A DNA stretch of 64,000 bases, taken from contig CM082576.2 in NCBI GenBank assembly GCA_040954595.2, forward strand, positions 11,473,129 through 11,537,128, read 5' to 3'. Below the pieces are notes generated by a model. The model saw only the letters and a program-made list of their open reading frames with translations, ran no database searches and had not been told where the DNA came from. Positions 28,301 to 43,665 of this stretch are shown piece by piece. Source of the stretch: Balanoglossus misakiensis. Taxonomy: Eukaryota > Animalia > Hemichordata. Positions within the stretch are counted from its first letter, which is position 1, and each line of letters opens with the position of its first letter. The position numbers were made by a program, and so were the translations under genes.

Positions 28301-31188
28301 GCCGAACGAATGGCGTTTATCTCGGATCTTCCCGATAAGACACATTAAACAAGCACTGACGGTATACGAGGATGCAATAAAATGCTTACCTGGTTCATGT
28401 CAACACATCTTAGCGCAAGAAAACAACCCTCAAAATCAATTCGCAGTTTCAGCTCACGTGCGTGTCCGACGACGAAGTCCGGCCCACTTGTTGGCGTTGG
28501 TCAATCTCTGGCCGAGTCGAGGCAAATATTACACGTACGTTGCTTGTTTTCAATGTCCCGAGAGTCAAACACACAACACACACGTGCACACACACACGCG
28601 CCTTTGCGGCTTTCAGGTCGAATGAAGGCGCCGTCAAATGGTTTCCGTGTTATCCGCTCAGAGTGTCACCAACACCACAGTATACTGGAATGAGGCTTGA
28701 TGGATGCCACCAACGAGATGCTCACGGATTTGCACATTGTCGCCCCGTACACAATAAATACAAACCAGAGCGGCTTTATTATATGGCAGCCAAGATAAAC
28801 GATGTTTGTTAAGCGATCACCTCTATCTGTTCTGCAGCTTTCTCACTATCCATCAATCTGTCCACGAGGCGTCAAGACCAAGACAAGAGAAGAAAAAAAA
28901 ATCCGCGTGATGATAAAAGTTCCCCAGGAATGAATGTTAAAAGTTGACGTGCTTCCAAATGAATAGCACGAATGCGAGTAAATTGGTTTCCAATTACCAT
29001 TTCGCTTTTGTACACTGCTCCGCTGTCGCGTGACGTGTAGGGATTTTCTGGCCAATCATTTGGCGGAATCCTGGTTGCCTGGTAACCAGCCCGTGATGGA
29101 ATATCGGGAGAGCCTGTCTCCGCCGTGATTACTCGCGCTCGTTGGCGGCGAGGCTTCGTTTAGTATTTGTCTGGACGCACCGGTAAAAGAAACGGATACT
29201 TGGTGTAGGATACGCCATTGTATATACACGGCTTCGAGCGACCATATACACACCGGCCATCTGAGCCTAATTTAATAAACCCAGCTTGAATTTGATACAA
29301 ATTTTACACTTAGAGCATTGAGAGTCATCAAGTAACGTTGTTTTATTATCTATGTAATAACGATTGCTTCGGCGTCCATCACCATGTGAATAAAACTATC
29401 TGCTGGTTGAGAATTTAGATTCATTAATTCACCTTATTTTTTTCTCTTTTTTCAATTTTGGCCGGCTTTTACCTGCGCTGGTGTAGAATATAAAATGACC
29501 GGTTTCATTTTGATAATTGGCACCCCTGCGGCAATTTTCCAATCATGTGGAGTATAAGTAGGTCCAGGTATTAACATACACGCAAGGGACAGTCTGAAAG
29601 GGCGGCTTTTAGAGCATTTCTATGTATCGACTGGCATTCTCCCGTTTATTAAATTTGAAATTAAATTTCATTCGCGATATTAGCCCCCGGAAGTCTTCTG
29701 GGTACATCTCGTCCGTACTGAGATATAAACACACGCAACCCGGGGTCTTCTCTCTGCGTGAAGCCATTCACGGAGAAATCGAGCTTTTCTCCAGTTTCAA
29801 TTCCAAGGTGATGCACCCCCTTCTCCTCCTCGCAGAATGAGTCACAAAAAGCCGGTCACCGAATGGGGTCACTCGGCGATTGTTTACCGCGAAGCGTCTC
29901 CTCGTGCGTCGGTTCGGAATTCTCCAGATTATCTTGTTACTCTGAGGGGTATAAATCAATGAGGAGACCCCAAGCCGAGGCTTAAATGCCTCACCTGAAC
30001 CGGGGCAAGATGTTTTTCCCTCCCGAAGAAGAACAGAATGCGCACTAGTAAATTTACGTTCACTGCATTTTCTCGCGCCCGTGTCAAAAAACTCCGGATT
30101 ACCCAGCACAACCCCCGGCGAGGGCCCGGACAATTTGGTCACAGGGACTCTTCTCGTGGTCGATAACGCTGGGACGTTCGAGTCGCCATAATGTGAACTT
30201 CTGGGCGGCCCTCACCAAACCAATTAAGGATGAGATCGATACGTAGACCCCGTGAAAAGACAACGAAATAAGTATCTGTTGAGATACTTGTACGTCTCGG
30301 TACTTGTGCGTGTTGGCACGTTTCGCATAACACTCTCCTTAACTCGTAATTGGTTGATTAAAACCAGTGAAGGTTGAAAATGACGCCTTTGGGACTTCGC
30401 CTACATTAATTTTTTTTTATTATAGTTATTTAACGTTTAACATTTCCTTTCAATTAATATTTCATTTTTAGCGATGGGTCTGGTGTGGCGAAGGTCGCAT
30501 CGTGCTTGTAATACTACACGGGCGGCTGAGATTTAAACAACCGAATATAGATGTGTAAGCATAACCGTTTCCACAATGGCATAAATGTAATTAATTTTTA
30601 TTGACAGACTGAGCTGACGGGCCGTGTCGGCGATACGCTGCTCAACTTGACGGGACGAGCTCATGGTGTCAACGTGTTTAATGTTGGGAAGGCGGAGTTC
30701 TGTCTGGAGGCTTGTGTATACCCTGCGATGCCCGCAGCTCCGAGTGGCGCGTCTTCGCTCTGTTGCATTTTCGCGCCCAGCCTACATTTTAATCAGTGTC
30801 GATATTGATACCCGCTTTCATTGATTGTCGTCTGCTAGCTAATGGACTTACTTGAAAACATCCTTTCACGTCTCTTTGTGCAGGAATTCTTAGAAGCTCT
30901 CCTCGGAGGACAAAGACAAATGAAAGTTTACAGTTTTTATTGATCCTTGCACGTCGCTCCTGGCATGTGTAACTTACAGAGTCAATCTTAACTTGGTTTT
31001 CAATCATTAAAATCGTGCGGGTGTTGTTTCTAGTCATGCAGCGTCACTTACTGAGTGTTTGACGACTGGTGCAAGGAGACCTTCTTATTATGTGATGGCG
31101 ACAGTGGAGATGGTGATGATGTCGCCGCAATTTCAACCACCACCATCAACAACTGTAACCTACACCCGCTATATGGTCATCAACATCG

Positions 31189-31247
31189 CCACCACCACCA
31201 CCACCACCACCACCACCACCACCACCACCACCACCACTACTATCTTT

Positions 31248-31345
<98 letters not shown>
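31189..31345. repeat. Compound trinucleotide microsatellite (CCA)16 ... (ATC)32
   Basis: CCA run 31189-31237 and ATC run 31249-31345, followed by degenerate CGT/CCA/CAAC/CAAT runs to ~31470. Confidence 0.98.
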
Positions 31346-31812
31346 CTACCACCACAATTATCGTCGACGTCGCCGTCATTCGTCGGCGTCGTCGCTGTTT
31401 CCGCCGCCAACACCACCACCACTCACTCACACACCCACTCAAGCAAGCAACCAACCAACCAATCAATCAATCACAAGAGAAGAGTTATCATTACCTAAGT
31501 TAAGACACATATATGCATGATATGTGCTTTCATATTTACATCATTTCATCGTGTGTACTGCATGAGTGCATTTGTTTTGCCTATCGTCACCGATGTACTG
31601 ATATCAGTCGCGAGGCAACTCTATTGATATCAAAGCCGTTCTGTAATGTAAAGGATTCCTTACGATTCTCTTCATTGTTCGTAATCGACCAGGGATGACA
31701 ACTTAATGGTCGAGTAAACAGCAGTGGGAAATCTAACAAGTTTTCTCAATTGTGTATGCCATGTCGTATATGGTTGGCTATATGTGACCGAAATATTATC
31801 AATTAATTAATT

Positions 31813-32545
31813 AATTTATTTATTTATTTATTTATTTATTCAGCTTCGACTGGGAGGAAGGCTATGTTGCACATGTTGCCAGCACCTATAAGATGCATCG
31901 ACCCTGTAACATATACATGCAGGTAAACAGAAATATATAAACGAAATAATCAGAGAAATAATAGAAATTTAAAAAAATGACTACTAATGGAGGTATTGTC
32001 AGAGGATTTAAAGATAGCAAATTGATCAGCGTTTACATTATGAGTACCATTAAAGCATTTTGCTAAGGAAACGCAGTTATTCTGCTCTCTTCTGTAACTC
32101 AACGGGTCAATGCATTAAGTTTTATCACGCGTTCTTTATGGGCATATCCCAGGAAGTATTTAGTGGCTCTTTCTGTACACCTTCAATGTGGAGTACATGT
32201 AGTTCGTTTTTAGTGCGACAGTTGTGGCCGCATATGCGTCAAATTCACGAATCAACTGCCATGATACGATCTGCCTGTTTTTGACTCCCAAGATATAGGC
32301 AGATAAATTCAACGCCAAGGTCCATCACACACGCTGTCGACTTTCTCTGACGAAGTGTCCATCATCGAATAATTGTACGAAATAGGATTAAGCTATCTGC
32401 TGATGCTTACGACTTCGACATTTGTCAGTGTTATAATGCGCGCCCCATTTCACACGCCATGTTGAAGGCTTTCTGATATCGCTGTGAAGATGGGATCAGT
32501 CGGAAGTGTGGTTTTTGGTGTCCCTGACATATTTGGAATCATCAC
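31813..32545 (-). mobile_element. Degenerate CR1-group LINE 3' fragment (RT C-terminal part, 3' UTR, (TAAA)n tail)
   Basis: Minus-strand translation with frameshifts and stops gives, in order: DDSKYVR..HLHSDI..TWRVKWGAHYNTDKC / EVVSISR*LNPISYNYSM..EKVDSV / DLGV ... IEGVQ/RATKYFLGYAHKERVIKLNAL/LSYRRE..KCFNG. These match the ADDTK, W..W...FN..KC, DLGV, E.VQRRATK and PL.YRR motifs of CR1-type ORF2. A (TTTA)n tract at 31813-31839 is the expected tail. Confidence 0.85.
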
Positions 32546-33554
32546 GTGACCGTACGTTTTTTGCTGACCAGAGCATCCAGAGGAACTGTTTTTAAATGTA
32601 GAATCACATAGACATTATCTGGTTAAGGAGTTCAAAGAATCTAGCACTCCTTTGCCCAAAGTCAGTGACCGACACACAGACGATAAGCGAGACAATATTG
32701 GCGCGTAAAAAATAAACCCCGTCATTTCCGGTTCCATCGACGACAATTTCATGTACAACAACAACCACACCTAATATCAATCGCACACAAGAAGGTCGTA
32801 ATGGCATAGTTCCATTGTTACACATGAGAGATGAAATAGATTTTCAATAAAATAAGGGCAATAATAATCAGGCAAGTGGGAAACATAAATATCTAGAAGT
32901 AATTTCTGGAAAAGACAACATTTCACAATGGAGAAGCTTGTCCATTTATCATTTACATCAAATATTTAGCTCTCCGGAAATAGGGAAATATGAAGGTACT
33001 ATCTTCTTGTAATGACGCGGATTTCTATTGTCGCCAAATAATTGACGTCGGATGCAATGACATTTAAAATAAAATGCATATTGAAAATAACTTGAAGGTC
33101 GAGCTTTTCCAACGTCTTTGTAGGGAAAAATCTGATATGACACGCCACGATAAATACATTTTACAAAGTTTAAAACAGTGTTTTAAACACTGAGTCTGTC
33201 TATATTGCATGCTCGTCACGGTACTTTGCAAACTATACATTAGATTACACTATGTTTCTCTCCCTCCCCCCCCCGACTGAAATTGTGTTCACTAGAAAGA
33301 AACCTGTCAAGCCAATGAACATGAGTTGCCATGACAGTGCATTTTACGGATACAATCGAAGGCACATTTAAACGACCAATTTAAGTTAAACATTCCTAAA
33401 GGTTCAATTTTTGCCTTTTTCTGCAACGTACTCGAAGCGATCACCATTTAATCACATAACTTATTAATTTACCTCTTCAATACTGGTTGAGATCCTGATT
33501 GTTTTAAGTCATGAATATGCCGCTTGAATCAGTCAACAGTAGAATGTACAGTGG

Positions 33555-33980
33555 CCTACTTGTGGGCATTATTAGATGGTAAATTTACGATGTCTGACGA
33601 GAGTAATGGCCATAATGTCCTGCCAATATTGACATTTCTCTCGATTGTCCTTGAAATATCAATGTTGCGAATACAAGTGGACATAAGATAAATGGTAATC
33701 ATTATGCGATTTATTGATATTTAACCGCATAACAAATTCATCAATACATCAAAGGTATATTGTTAGTTACAAAAGGTCTGTGTGATTGATACTATTACGA
33801 AACATTAATTCTGATTTTGCAATATCGCTGTTCAAGTTACTCTATAGTCTTGGGGGAAAGTCATCGGTATCACTATAAATATAAAAAAATGTCATAATCT
33901 TAGCAGCGTTCTTTTAACGAGGAAAATGCTTAATTTTCTTCGTGTTTATTTCATTCCTTACCCAGCATAGATAAATTTAC
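33555..33980 (-). mobile_element. Very old L2/CR1-group LINE ORF2 C-terminal remnant
   Basis: Minus strand gives KNAAKIMTF..YSDTDDF..RL..ELMFR (cf. QKRAARIIT..HT.PLF..L..LMFK). Downstream it gives GRTLWPLLSSDIVNLPSNNAHK (cf. G..LWN.LP.DI...S...FK). Order and spacing are as expected, but the sequence is heavily decayed. Confidence 0.55.
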
Positions 33981-34253
33981 TAGTTGAGCTGGTGTCGGTC
34001 ACATCGGTGGTTTTATTTGCTTGTTACATATCATGCAGGTACACGTGTTTGTAACTTTATCCGCAGGTGCCCGGGGACTTCTCGGGAACATGCGCGGAAT
34101 TATATATTGCTCGTTTGGCATTAGCCTGTGACGTCATTCGTATTTTCAATTACACCTTCAGATCAGCACGTATACACACACAGTTGTATGACCGATTAGT
34201 ACCCCATTGTATTTCTTATTTGGCAAAACCAAAATCGCTTTCAGGGACAGAAA

Positions 34254-34275
34254 TTAAAGGGACAAACTCCCTTGT
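34254..34275 (+). mobile_element. Possible solo terminus related to the 53468-53623 MITE
   Basis: TTAA|AGGGACAAACTC versus TTAA|AGGGACAAAGTC (15/16 identical). No partner end found. Confidence 0.35.
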
Positions 34276-37200
34276 TTTTTGTACCTTTTTCGGATATCAA
34301 GAAAACAAGCAATGCTTACATAGAGCACGGTTACTATGCATAGAGTCAGTGCACAAAATGTTGTGATGCATCACTTCAAAAGTGTTCAAAATTTCTCCTT
34401 TTGCTGTATGCATGGAGTTAACTGTGTTTGTGACGTCTGGACGAAATGAGCTACTCCCAATGCAATCTGACTTGGCTTCCTCGAGCAATGAAAGGATCAG
34501 ATTAAACCCCAATCAGGATCTCATTACTAATGCCTGCAACAGGTCTAAACATGTACATGTATGTATGTATGTATAACAGAGTGCGTCCAGGCTAGCATTA
34601 TGTGAGTCATATATGAATGTGATTTTACGGTACTGGTCCAAAAACTTTTCATCGAACGTTTTATCGAGTCTTCTATAAGCAGGATTGTGTGCAGTTGGCC
34701 AGCATTTAAGCAAGTTTCAAATAGTCATTCAACTAAAAAGGTTAAAAGATATACTTTAACATTTTTCTACAGCGCAGTAGTTTTTGTTGATTTCCATTGA
34801 TTCCGTTTCATGTTAATCTCGAGCTCCGTATTCACGCTTCTCACGCACTAAGCGTCAGTCTGAGAGTTGTTTACGCTTTAAGACTGTTTCACCTCCAAAA
34901 ACTGACAGGGTACCATAAAATGGAAATCCGTCCGACAGATCGGAGAGGCTAGAGATTGCCGCCAGCTTGGCAGTTTTGATTTACCGCGGTCCGCCATAGT
35001 AACGGAACAAATGCGGCGAAGGCATAACGGGCTTAGCCGTCGTATTCTTCTTGTCACGCAATGCGAACTTGATGGCAATAACACGGGAAGCGAGAGACAG
35101 AGAAAAATGATTTACAGTTTAATCTCAGTATGCATGGCATAACAGGATAAGGCGCGTGGGATCGTGTCGCATAACGAGGCGTCATGCGGTGCAAGTCTTT
35201 GAATGTGCCCCTGTGTGGCACCAAGTTGCCGAGTCCGTGCGGAAACGTTGGTGGAAACGCTCACCTGTGACGTTTTGTTTGCTTTGGAAACGGGGAAAAG
35301 CCAGTGATTTATGCAAATTTTAATGACGAACTCCCGATAAAAAAGGCTCAAGTACACGCATTGCCCAAGGCGGAAAACTTGTCGTGATTACACAAAGCTA
35401 TGACGTCAGATATCTTAAATTATGTCAAATGTCAAACGCTCGCCGTTTCTTAGAGATTTCCGACGCTGGGATTTTCTGTCTGTTTTACTTAGCTGGATAT
35501 ATTCAGATGATTGTATTGAGCTCAAGCGATAATATAAAAGGGCACCGCCCTCCACCCTCCCCCACCGCTTCCACCCTCTTAAAGGCCCAGAAGCCCTCGC
35601 TTCGTGGTTGAGTCATGAATTCATCAAATGTCCATTGACCACATGAATATGTCGTTTTGGTCACTCATTAAGTCACAGTTCCCTCTAAGAGCAACGCCAT
35701 CGGCCATTCATTTGCGATTACGAGGCAGACATGTTGATTTTCTTGTACCCTCTCCCATAAAATGATAATGGGCGATGCTGTAAGGCATGAGTGTTACACG
35801 CGACACCCCGTTGCAAACTCTATAATCTGTGTAAAAGGTATTGGAACTGAAACACACATCTTCTATGTTAATATTATTAGAATTTCTTCGGATTCCAATA
35901 ACTGCAGTTTACTAAAGGATTTAATTCACTGTGCGTTGAGCTTTACAAACGGATGTTATTACAGTGTATATTTATTCATACATATATGTTCTTTAAAATA
36001 CGCAAATAAGGAAATTACCTCAGACCTAGAATGTGCATTACTTCACAAAGCACCACACCAGCAACTCATACGTAATACCTGTTAATCTTTCCGAACTCTG
36101 CACATAAGTCTGTTCGCGATTGCTTTTCCAAATCAAGCGGGAGAGTGCGTGACAGAACTTCGAATTCAAAGATTCCAAAATGGCGAACCAGGGCAGGGAA
36201 CTACCTTTAACGGGCATTGCACTCCCTCTTATAAGAGCTAGTGATTTACGCTGCAAAGTTAAATTTAAATGAAACAATTTCAGAAAAGTAGGGGAAGATT
36301 CACGATGATTATTACTTTTTTTACGAGTCCCAGCAATAACATTGAAGTGCAGGCAGTTGTAGAAAAGGAAAGGAGAAATGGAGTTTTTTTAATTGAGTTG
36401 AGTTTAGGAATGCTGCGCAACTTGTGATGCAATCAACGGCCTGTGTACGACGTAATATTTGGAGGTTAAAACGCTCTGAACCCATACGTCTTGCCGGAGT
36501 TTATAAAGATGACATACATTCCCCCGGAGACCGTATTTCACGACAAAATTACGACACAAATAATCCCCGGCTCTCCGTGGTTCTTCACGAATGGCTCTCA
36601 CCGTTTTACGGCGTTCCGACTCAATCCTTTGCCAGATCAGCCCTTGCACTTTTTTTATGGTTTCGCGTCGTAACTTTACCCGGACCTCGTGAGATTATCT
36701 GGAATGGGATCAGATTGAGCGCGACCATCGCATGCATGAATGACCTACAAATTAGGGCTTTGTACGGGGCGGGTAATTGTGGAAGACGGGGATTGCGGTA
36801 AATCGCCCGCAGCTCGATCTCGACCTCATCCGCTAGTACTGATTTGAAACTCTGTCTACGGTCAGTGTGTAAGGTTGCCCGACAAACCCATATAAATCGC
36901 TGCTTTGTGTGCGTTCAGTCTCAAAATTTGGAAGTGCAATTTGGCTCTTTCTGAATTTGACTTCCAGTCGCGGACAGCACAAATACCTTCTGATCTCGAG
37001 ATACTTTCTCGTGATGGCGAGATATTATCTCGAGAGTACGATCTGGAGATCACCAATTTTATAACACCATTGCACATAAAACCAAAATGAAACGTTTTCA
37101 TTCCAAAGTTATATGTGTTTCGAGTTTAAGTGCCCGACAAAATAGTATCCACTAAATTACTGCATCTACAAACGACAAGGTCAGAATCATGTCCACAACA

Positions 37201-38889
37201 GTGTTAGGCAATATGTGTTGATGTACATTGACTGACATTCAAGCTTTAGACAATATAGTTATGTCTGTCTGAAAACACCAGTAAGATTCCCCATTTTTAA
37301 TAGCACGAACAAAAGTTGCCGAATGTTGCATGGCTTCCAGCTAAAGTGTGACCCCAATACCAGTCCTTGTTCGTAGAAATGAGACCCCGGAACTTCCACC
37401 AACTGAAGTTCCAAAACGTGTGAACCCACTCCCAGCTCTGCCGATGGCAAGTAAATGCATTGCAACACGTGAAACTTGCTCAAGTCACAAATTCTCATCC
37501 TCCTATGCGTTAGAATCACAGAATGATGCACGTCCTAGTCTTGGATGACATCTGAAAACACTTGCGTGAAATCGGTGTATAATGATAGATGTGCTGCCAT
37601 TTTCATGATTGCACTTTCCCTGAAAATAACGGGTGATGGTTCTTTGATGACCAACAAGCGCAGGCGGTTTAAATTTCATTTAAATGGTAATATTTATCAT
37701 GTTTACAAGACTGGTGTGATTATTCGAAGAAAACTATCTATCCAATCAGAAACAATTTATAATGCGTCGATATAAATGAACAGTGCTATTTTCAGAGGCA
37801 CAGACAGTGGTTATGATAGATAATAGCTGAGGCAAACGTGTTTCTCTGTTAACGACCCGCTTCAATTCCGAATAATTAGAAAACGTCTAATATGTTCCCT
37901 TCTGACCAATTTTGCAATCGCGACTAGAATTTATAGAACGACGGGATCACCAAAAAATTGGGAAGACAAAACGTGCATAGAATTTTTTTTCCAAGTGTTT
38001 CTTTTTGGGGCAGGGAGAATGGGAAGACTGCAGACATAAATTGCATTGAAGTAACAGACGACAATTACATGACGTCTAGCACAAAAGCTTGTTGTGCTTA
38101 ATAAGCCGAGAAGTGCCACAAAATTTGCTTTTGCCAATTCTACACTCGCACTCCTTCGGGCCGGCCGCGATTTCGATGCTATTAGGGTTGTGCGAAATAC
38201 GGTTTCAACCGCTGATACCACGAACAGAACTGGGGAAAGTACGAGAACTCTAAAACCACACAACCGTTCTTATCTTTTATCGAAGTTTTCGTGCCTCAAA
38301 AATGTTGGTGAAAATTACGAGACCGAAATAGATGCAAACGGAAGCAAACCATGAAAAATGACCCCGGGATGAATGAGTATCATACAACCGAAAAAAGGGG
38401 GAGACATCAGTGTTGTTTAAATCCCCGGATATTGCCTACATCACTCACATGGGTACATGTCGTGACAGCGATTATTAAAAGGAAATACATTTATTGATTG
38501 AACCTGGCCTGAAAATGAGAAAAGCAAACTGCCATATTAGGCGCAATTACACCGCGGAAGCATTTTAAAAAGGGCAGTTATTGATTCCATGATTGATCAA
38601 CCCACGTTTGACATACATAGGTAACACCAAAAACAGAAAGATAAAGGGGTCTCAGCAAAATAGACAAAAGTCGTAATTGATGAGTTTTTTCGTATAGTTG
38701 TTTCGGCTTTCGGTGCTAAAATGCCATAAGATGTTCTTATTTACATGAACTATTCCAGAACGGCAACATTGATATTGCGCTGTACTTAATTATTTATTGA
38801 TATAGCCATATGAATCAACCCATAATAATAGTGTACCGATTTTGGTAAGTAATAATGCCCGACTCTAGATTTTCCCATGGTAGGTGACA

Positions 38890-39135
<246 letters not shown>

Positions 39136-40759
39136 CCATTCAATCATTGGAATCTGGTCACATGGACATTAATTGCAAATAAAAGTCATCATTTGGGATG
39201 TAAGCTTATGTAATGGTTGCGTTTAATCTTTTTGACAAGAAAAAAACGTGTAATCCGAAAAATTATTGCTGAGATTCGTGAGATACGTGTAGTGTAATTA
39301 AATAACAATGAACTTTTGTTACATATGTTGCATTTCTCATCGCATGTAAGCAGTTTCTTTAACATCAGGGGATAGTAGGCCGAGATAGCCAATTGTATGC
39401 GCATTTACGCAAAGGGTACAACACATATCCTGTTTCCCCTCAAAAGTAAATCACTTGCTGACAGATCGTTCTGAATGTCTTTTGTAAGGTTAATATAATA
39501 TGTCCACATGATGAATATGTTTTATGTTATTTGTCAAAATGACAATCCAGATAGCTGCACCACGTGTTAATGCAATCACTTTTGTGTATAGTCAGTTTTC
39601 ATTTCCGACCCCCGCACGCCAACGCGATTGTTCCGGTCCATAAACCCAGTTGCGAGCATAGCCCTGCCCCTTTGTGGCCACAATCGCGTCCACGGTCGCT
39701 CGACAAGTCTTACTTCCACATTTCACTTTGTGAATAGCACGTTAACGTACTCTGACATTTGCCCGAATGTGGTCTCCCTCAGATGTTATCGATATACATG
39801 TACATGTAGTTTAGCACATATAACGTTTACCACCTTTTGCGGTTCGTCATCCATTGTCGTTTGGCTGTGACGCGTTTCTGTGCACTTTTATACCTTTTCG
39901 CATGATTTCAATCGCTTGCTCGTATGACGATCAATCAACTCGGCTCGACCGAAATACCTGAAATAAAAAAGCCCACTTTAAAAGTGTGGATGAATGAAAT
40001 TTTATTCATTGTTCTCTCATACATCCCCCTATTTCACCAGAACGTTATAATTGCCTGCCTTTGCTGTAATTGTGTACCACGTTGCATTATGCGGATTAAG
40101 CGTATACGAGTGATCTTTAAGAGTTCCTACTTCTTATACTCACTGTGAATACGAATCTCTCTGATGAACGTCAAGGATGACGGACGAAGAATGCCGAATA
40201 ACTACGTGCACTGAGAGCATTCTAGATTCCCAAAATATAATTGCTGTAGTAATTCGATTAACCGGCCAAGGCCACTCATCATATCAGAATGTGATGCCCG
40301 TTCGTGGGTGTGGCACGCAGTACCATCAGAGCAAATACCGAGCCACTTTGACTAGGGCCTGCTTTAAAACGGACAACTTTCATTTATTTTGGATCATGCA
40401 AGAGGGACACGTTTCGGATGATGGGGTGACGGAGTGGGCTTGGCCGTTTGCATTCTAAAAAAACTGCCTATAACAGTAGCAGTCGTGCATATTAAGCATA
40501 CATCAATGGAAAAGCCAAAGTTAATGGGGGAGCTTAACTCTCCTTGGCTGGGAAATAAATACGTGTAGGCGTTGAAGAGATTAACATGTGTGATTCAACT
40601 TTTATGGGAATACTGTACATGTGTACTATGCACAGAATTGGATCATTGAACGATACTGTTGAGATCGGCACAGGGAAATGTGCGCATGGGCGTGTGCAAG
40701 TTTACCACCACAGTGTGAATAACACGACCACCCTTAAACTGTGCCTATACCCCAAACAG

Positions 40760-40760
40760 C

Positions 40761-40790
<30 letters not shown>
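40760..40790. repeat. (CAA)10 microsatellite
   Basis: Read directly; 30 bp upstream of the GATA array. Confidence 0.95.
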
Positions 40791-40791
<1 letters not shown>

Positions 40792-40819
40792 TTCAACAAC
40801 AACTTTGTTTTGTTCAAAC

Positions 40820-41551
<732 letters not shown>

Positions 41552-43633
41552 GTGGTGCATATTCGTGATGCTTAACAATGCTGGAAGGTTTTACCGCATG
41601 TGGGGATACATACAATCATTAAAAGCCGAGAGATTTGTCATACCATTTGTCAAATACTGAAACGTGGCTGTGAATGTAATTTCGGATTACTTGCAAGCAG
41701 GCGTTTTGTTCCTACACAATACGTTTCGTCGCCTCCACAAGCCAGAGAGAGAACTGTCCTCATAATTACGAACGAATAATCCGAGCGGCCATCAATCATT
41801 CTAGTGCCTAATCTTAATGTGTAATAAGCAAAAGTAGATTATTATTCGATATCTGAGTAATTATCTATTTCGCCACACGCATTTCGTTCCCCCATTATCG
41901 TTTAATAAGACCGCATTCTACCTGATGATTTCAAGTACTCTTCGACATCATTCTGGGAAAAGTTCCAAGAACGCCCAGGTGGGTGGAAAAAAAGTAAAAG
42001 TCACAAATGTCGAAGACGCTATCTGTACTTCGCTGGTTTTCAATTTATCCCACCTGAGTCGATAGCTGAGATACGCTTACCGATATTCGATGTGGACGAT
42101 ATCTCACAATGTTTCCCCAAACACAAATCGTAATGCGAATAATAAACTGAAGATATGTTCCTCACTGTTGTTGGCAACAAGTGACCTTGATATTTGCGCT
42201 AAAACTCTTCTGTGCACAGAGTTGCCAAGTCAAATACTGGCGTACGCAGGACAGGTATAGATAGTGGCTGTGAGTGGAACGTCGAATTTGAGAGCTGATA
42301 GGTTCCCGGGTTGACAAACGATTTAATCACGATTCCGCCAGGTCGCTGTAAATCACGCGCCATGAATCAACCCCACGCAGAATACAGATGATACTATCGT
42401 GTCCCCCACCCAATTTAATTAATCGCATATCTCCAGGCATCTTGACCAACAAGACTTGACTTCTTTTGAAGCTCGAACCGAACTTGCGACTGTTGGTAAT
42501 ATACCCCGATGCAGCGCAATGCACACACGTCGGCGACGGCGGGCACGCATCGCTGCGTTTTTCGCGGCTCCGTCCCATCTTCTTGATAGTCTCCCCAGCA
42601 ACGCGACGCGCAGAAACCGTCGGTTAATTAAGCAGTTTTGCGTCATCCGGGGGGTGACGTCACCAACACAAGTGAGGCCAATTTGCAAACAGCGATGAGC
42701 ATCTCACAACGAAGCGCCGTGTTTTAAGCTGACCCGCACGCCTCGTCGAACCAAGTGAAAAATTTTAATTGGCCTCCTCGCAATGTACGTGTGCAACATC
42801 AAGCGACGTCTCAATTCGAGACAAACTTGTTACAACAAAAGAACATCTGTTACTTCGTCTTTCCACAGAGGAAATCCAGATTGGAAGATAAATGGCAGCA
42901 TATCAACACAGCAAATAAATTATTCACTCATTCCTTCCCTATTTATCAAACCAGGGTGATCAGACCCCGTTAAGAGGACACCAGAAGGTCTTGTGGGGAT
43001 AATGCTTCTTAAATTTCGCCCAACAGTAAAAATCCAAAACAAGGCCAGGCGAAGCGAATGCCGTCGGCTACGCATTGATTGCCCCTATCTTTCATTCTCT
43101 TCCCCCACAAAGTGTAGTTATTTGCCGAGATGCAGTGTTTAAATTCAAACTAGACAGTCCTAAAGGCACGAGATACAGCTTTGATTTCTTTCAAAACCAG
43201 AAACCCCGTGGTTCACCTGTTCAAGTGGATTGGTGGAGAGTATATTGTCTAACTAGAAGAGAGTAAGATTCCAAAACAAAGTTGTTGACTTGTTTTCAAC
43301 ACGGATTGATGTTTGTAGAAATAAGCGGCAAGAATCAAATTAGACTGTATTTGTGCAATTCGCCGCATTGCAAGTTGAACCCGAACCTACAGTACAGGAA
43401 GATGTCAAACTGAACAGATGCGCTCATCGACTCCTCCTGCATACTTCAACGTTTTGTTGAAAGTGTCATGTTTTCTATATATCTCATACAATTGAGAGAG
43501 AGAGGGGGGGGGGGGGAGCAGTGCCTTCGTTATCCCATTCTGATCTATAGGTAATGAGAATATCAAAACGATACGGATTACGAAGAAACACCAGCATTAA
43601 GGTGTCGTTTTAACTACGATAGTAGGTATTTTT

Positions 43634-43665
43634 CACCCATAATCACAATCACCCATAATCACAAT
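43634..43665. repeat. 16-bp tandem duplication
   Basis: CACCCATAATCACAAT x2. Confidence 0.9.

Noticed and set aside
31055-31520. Poly-His/Thr/Met/Gly ORFs
   Set aside because: Translations of CCA/ATC microsatellites; no splice or domain support.
35762-36085. Possible third LINE 3' remnant
   Set aside because: Only a vague AT-rich resemblance; no ordered ORF2 motifs recoverable.
39622-39689. 10-bp inverted repeat ACGCGATTGT/ACAATCGCGT
   Set aside because: No TSD or extended pairing; a single such repeat is plausible by chance in 64 kb.
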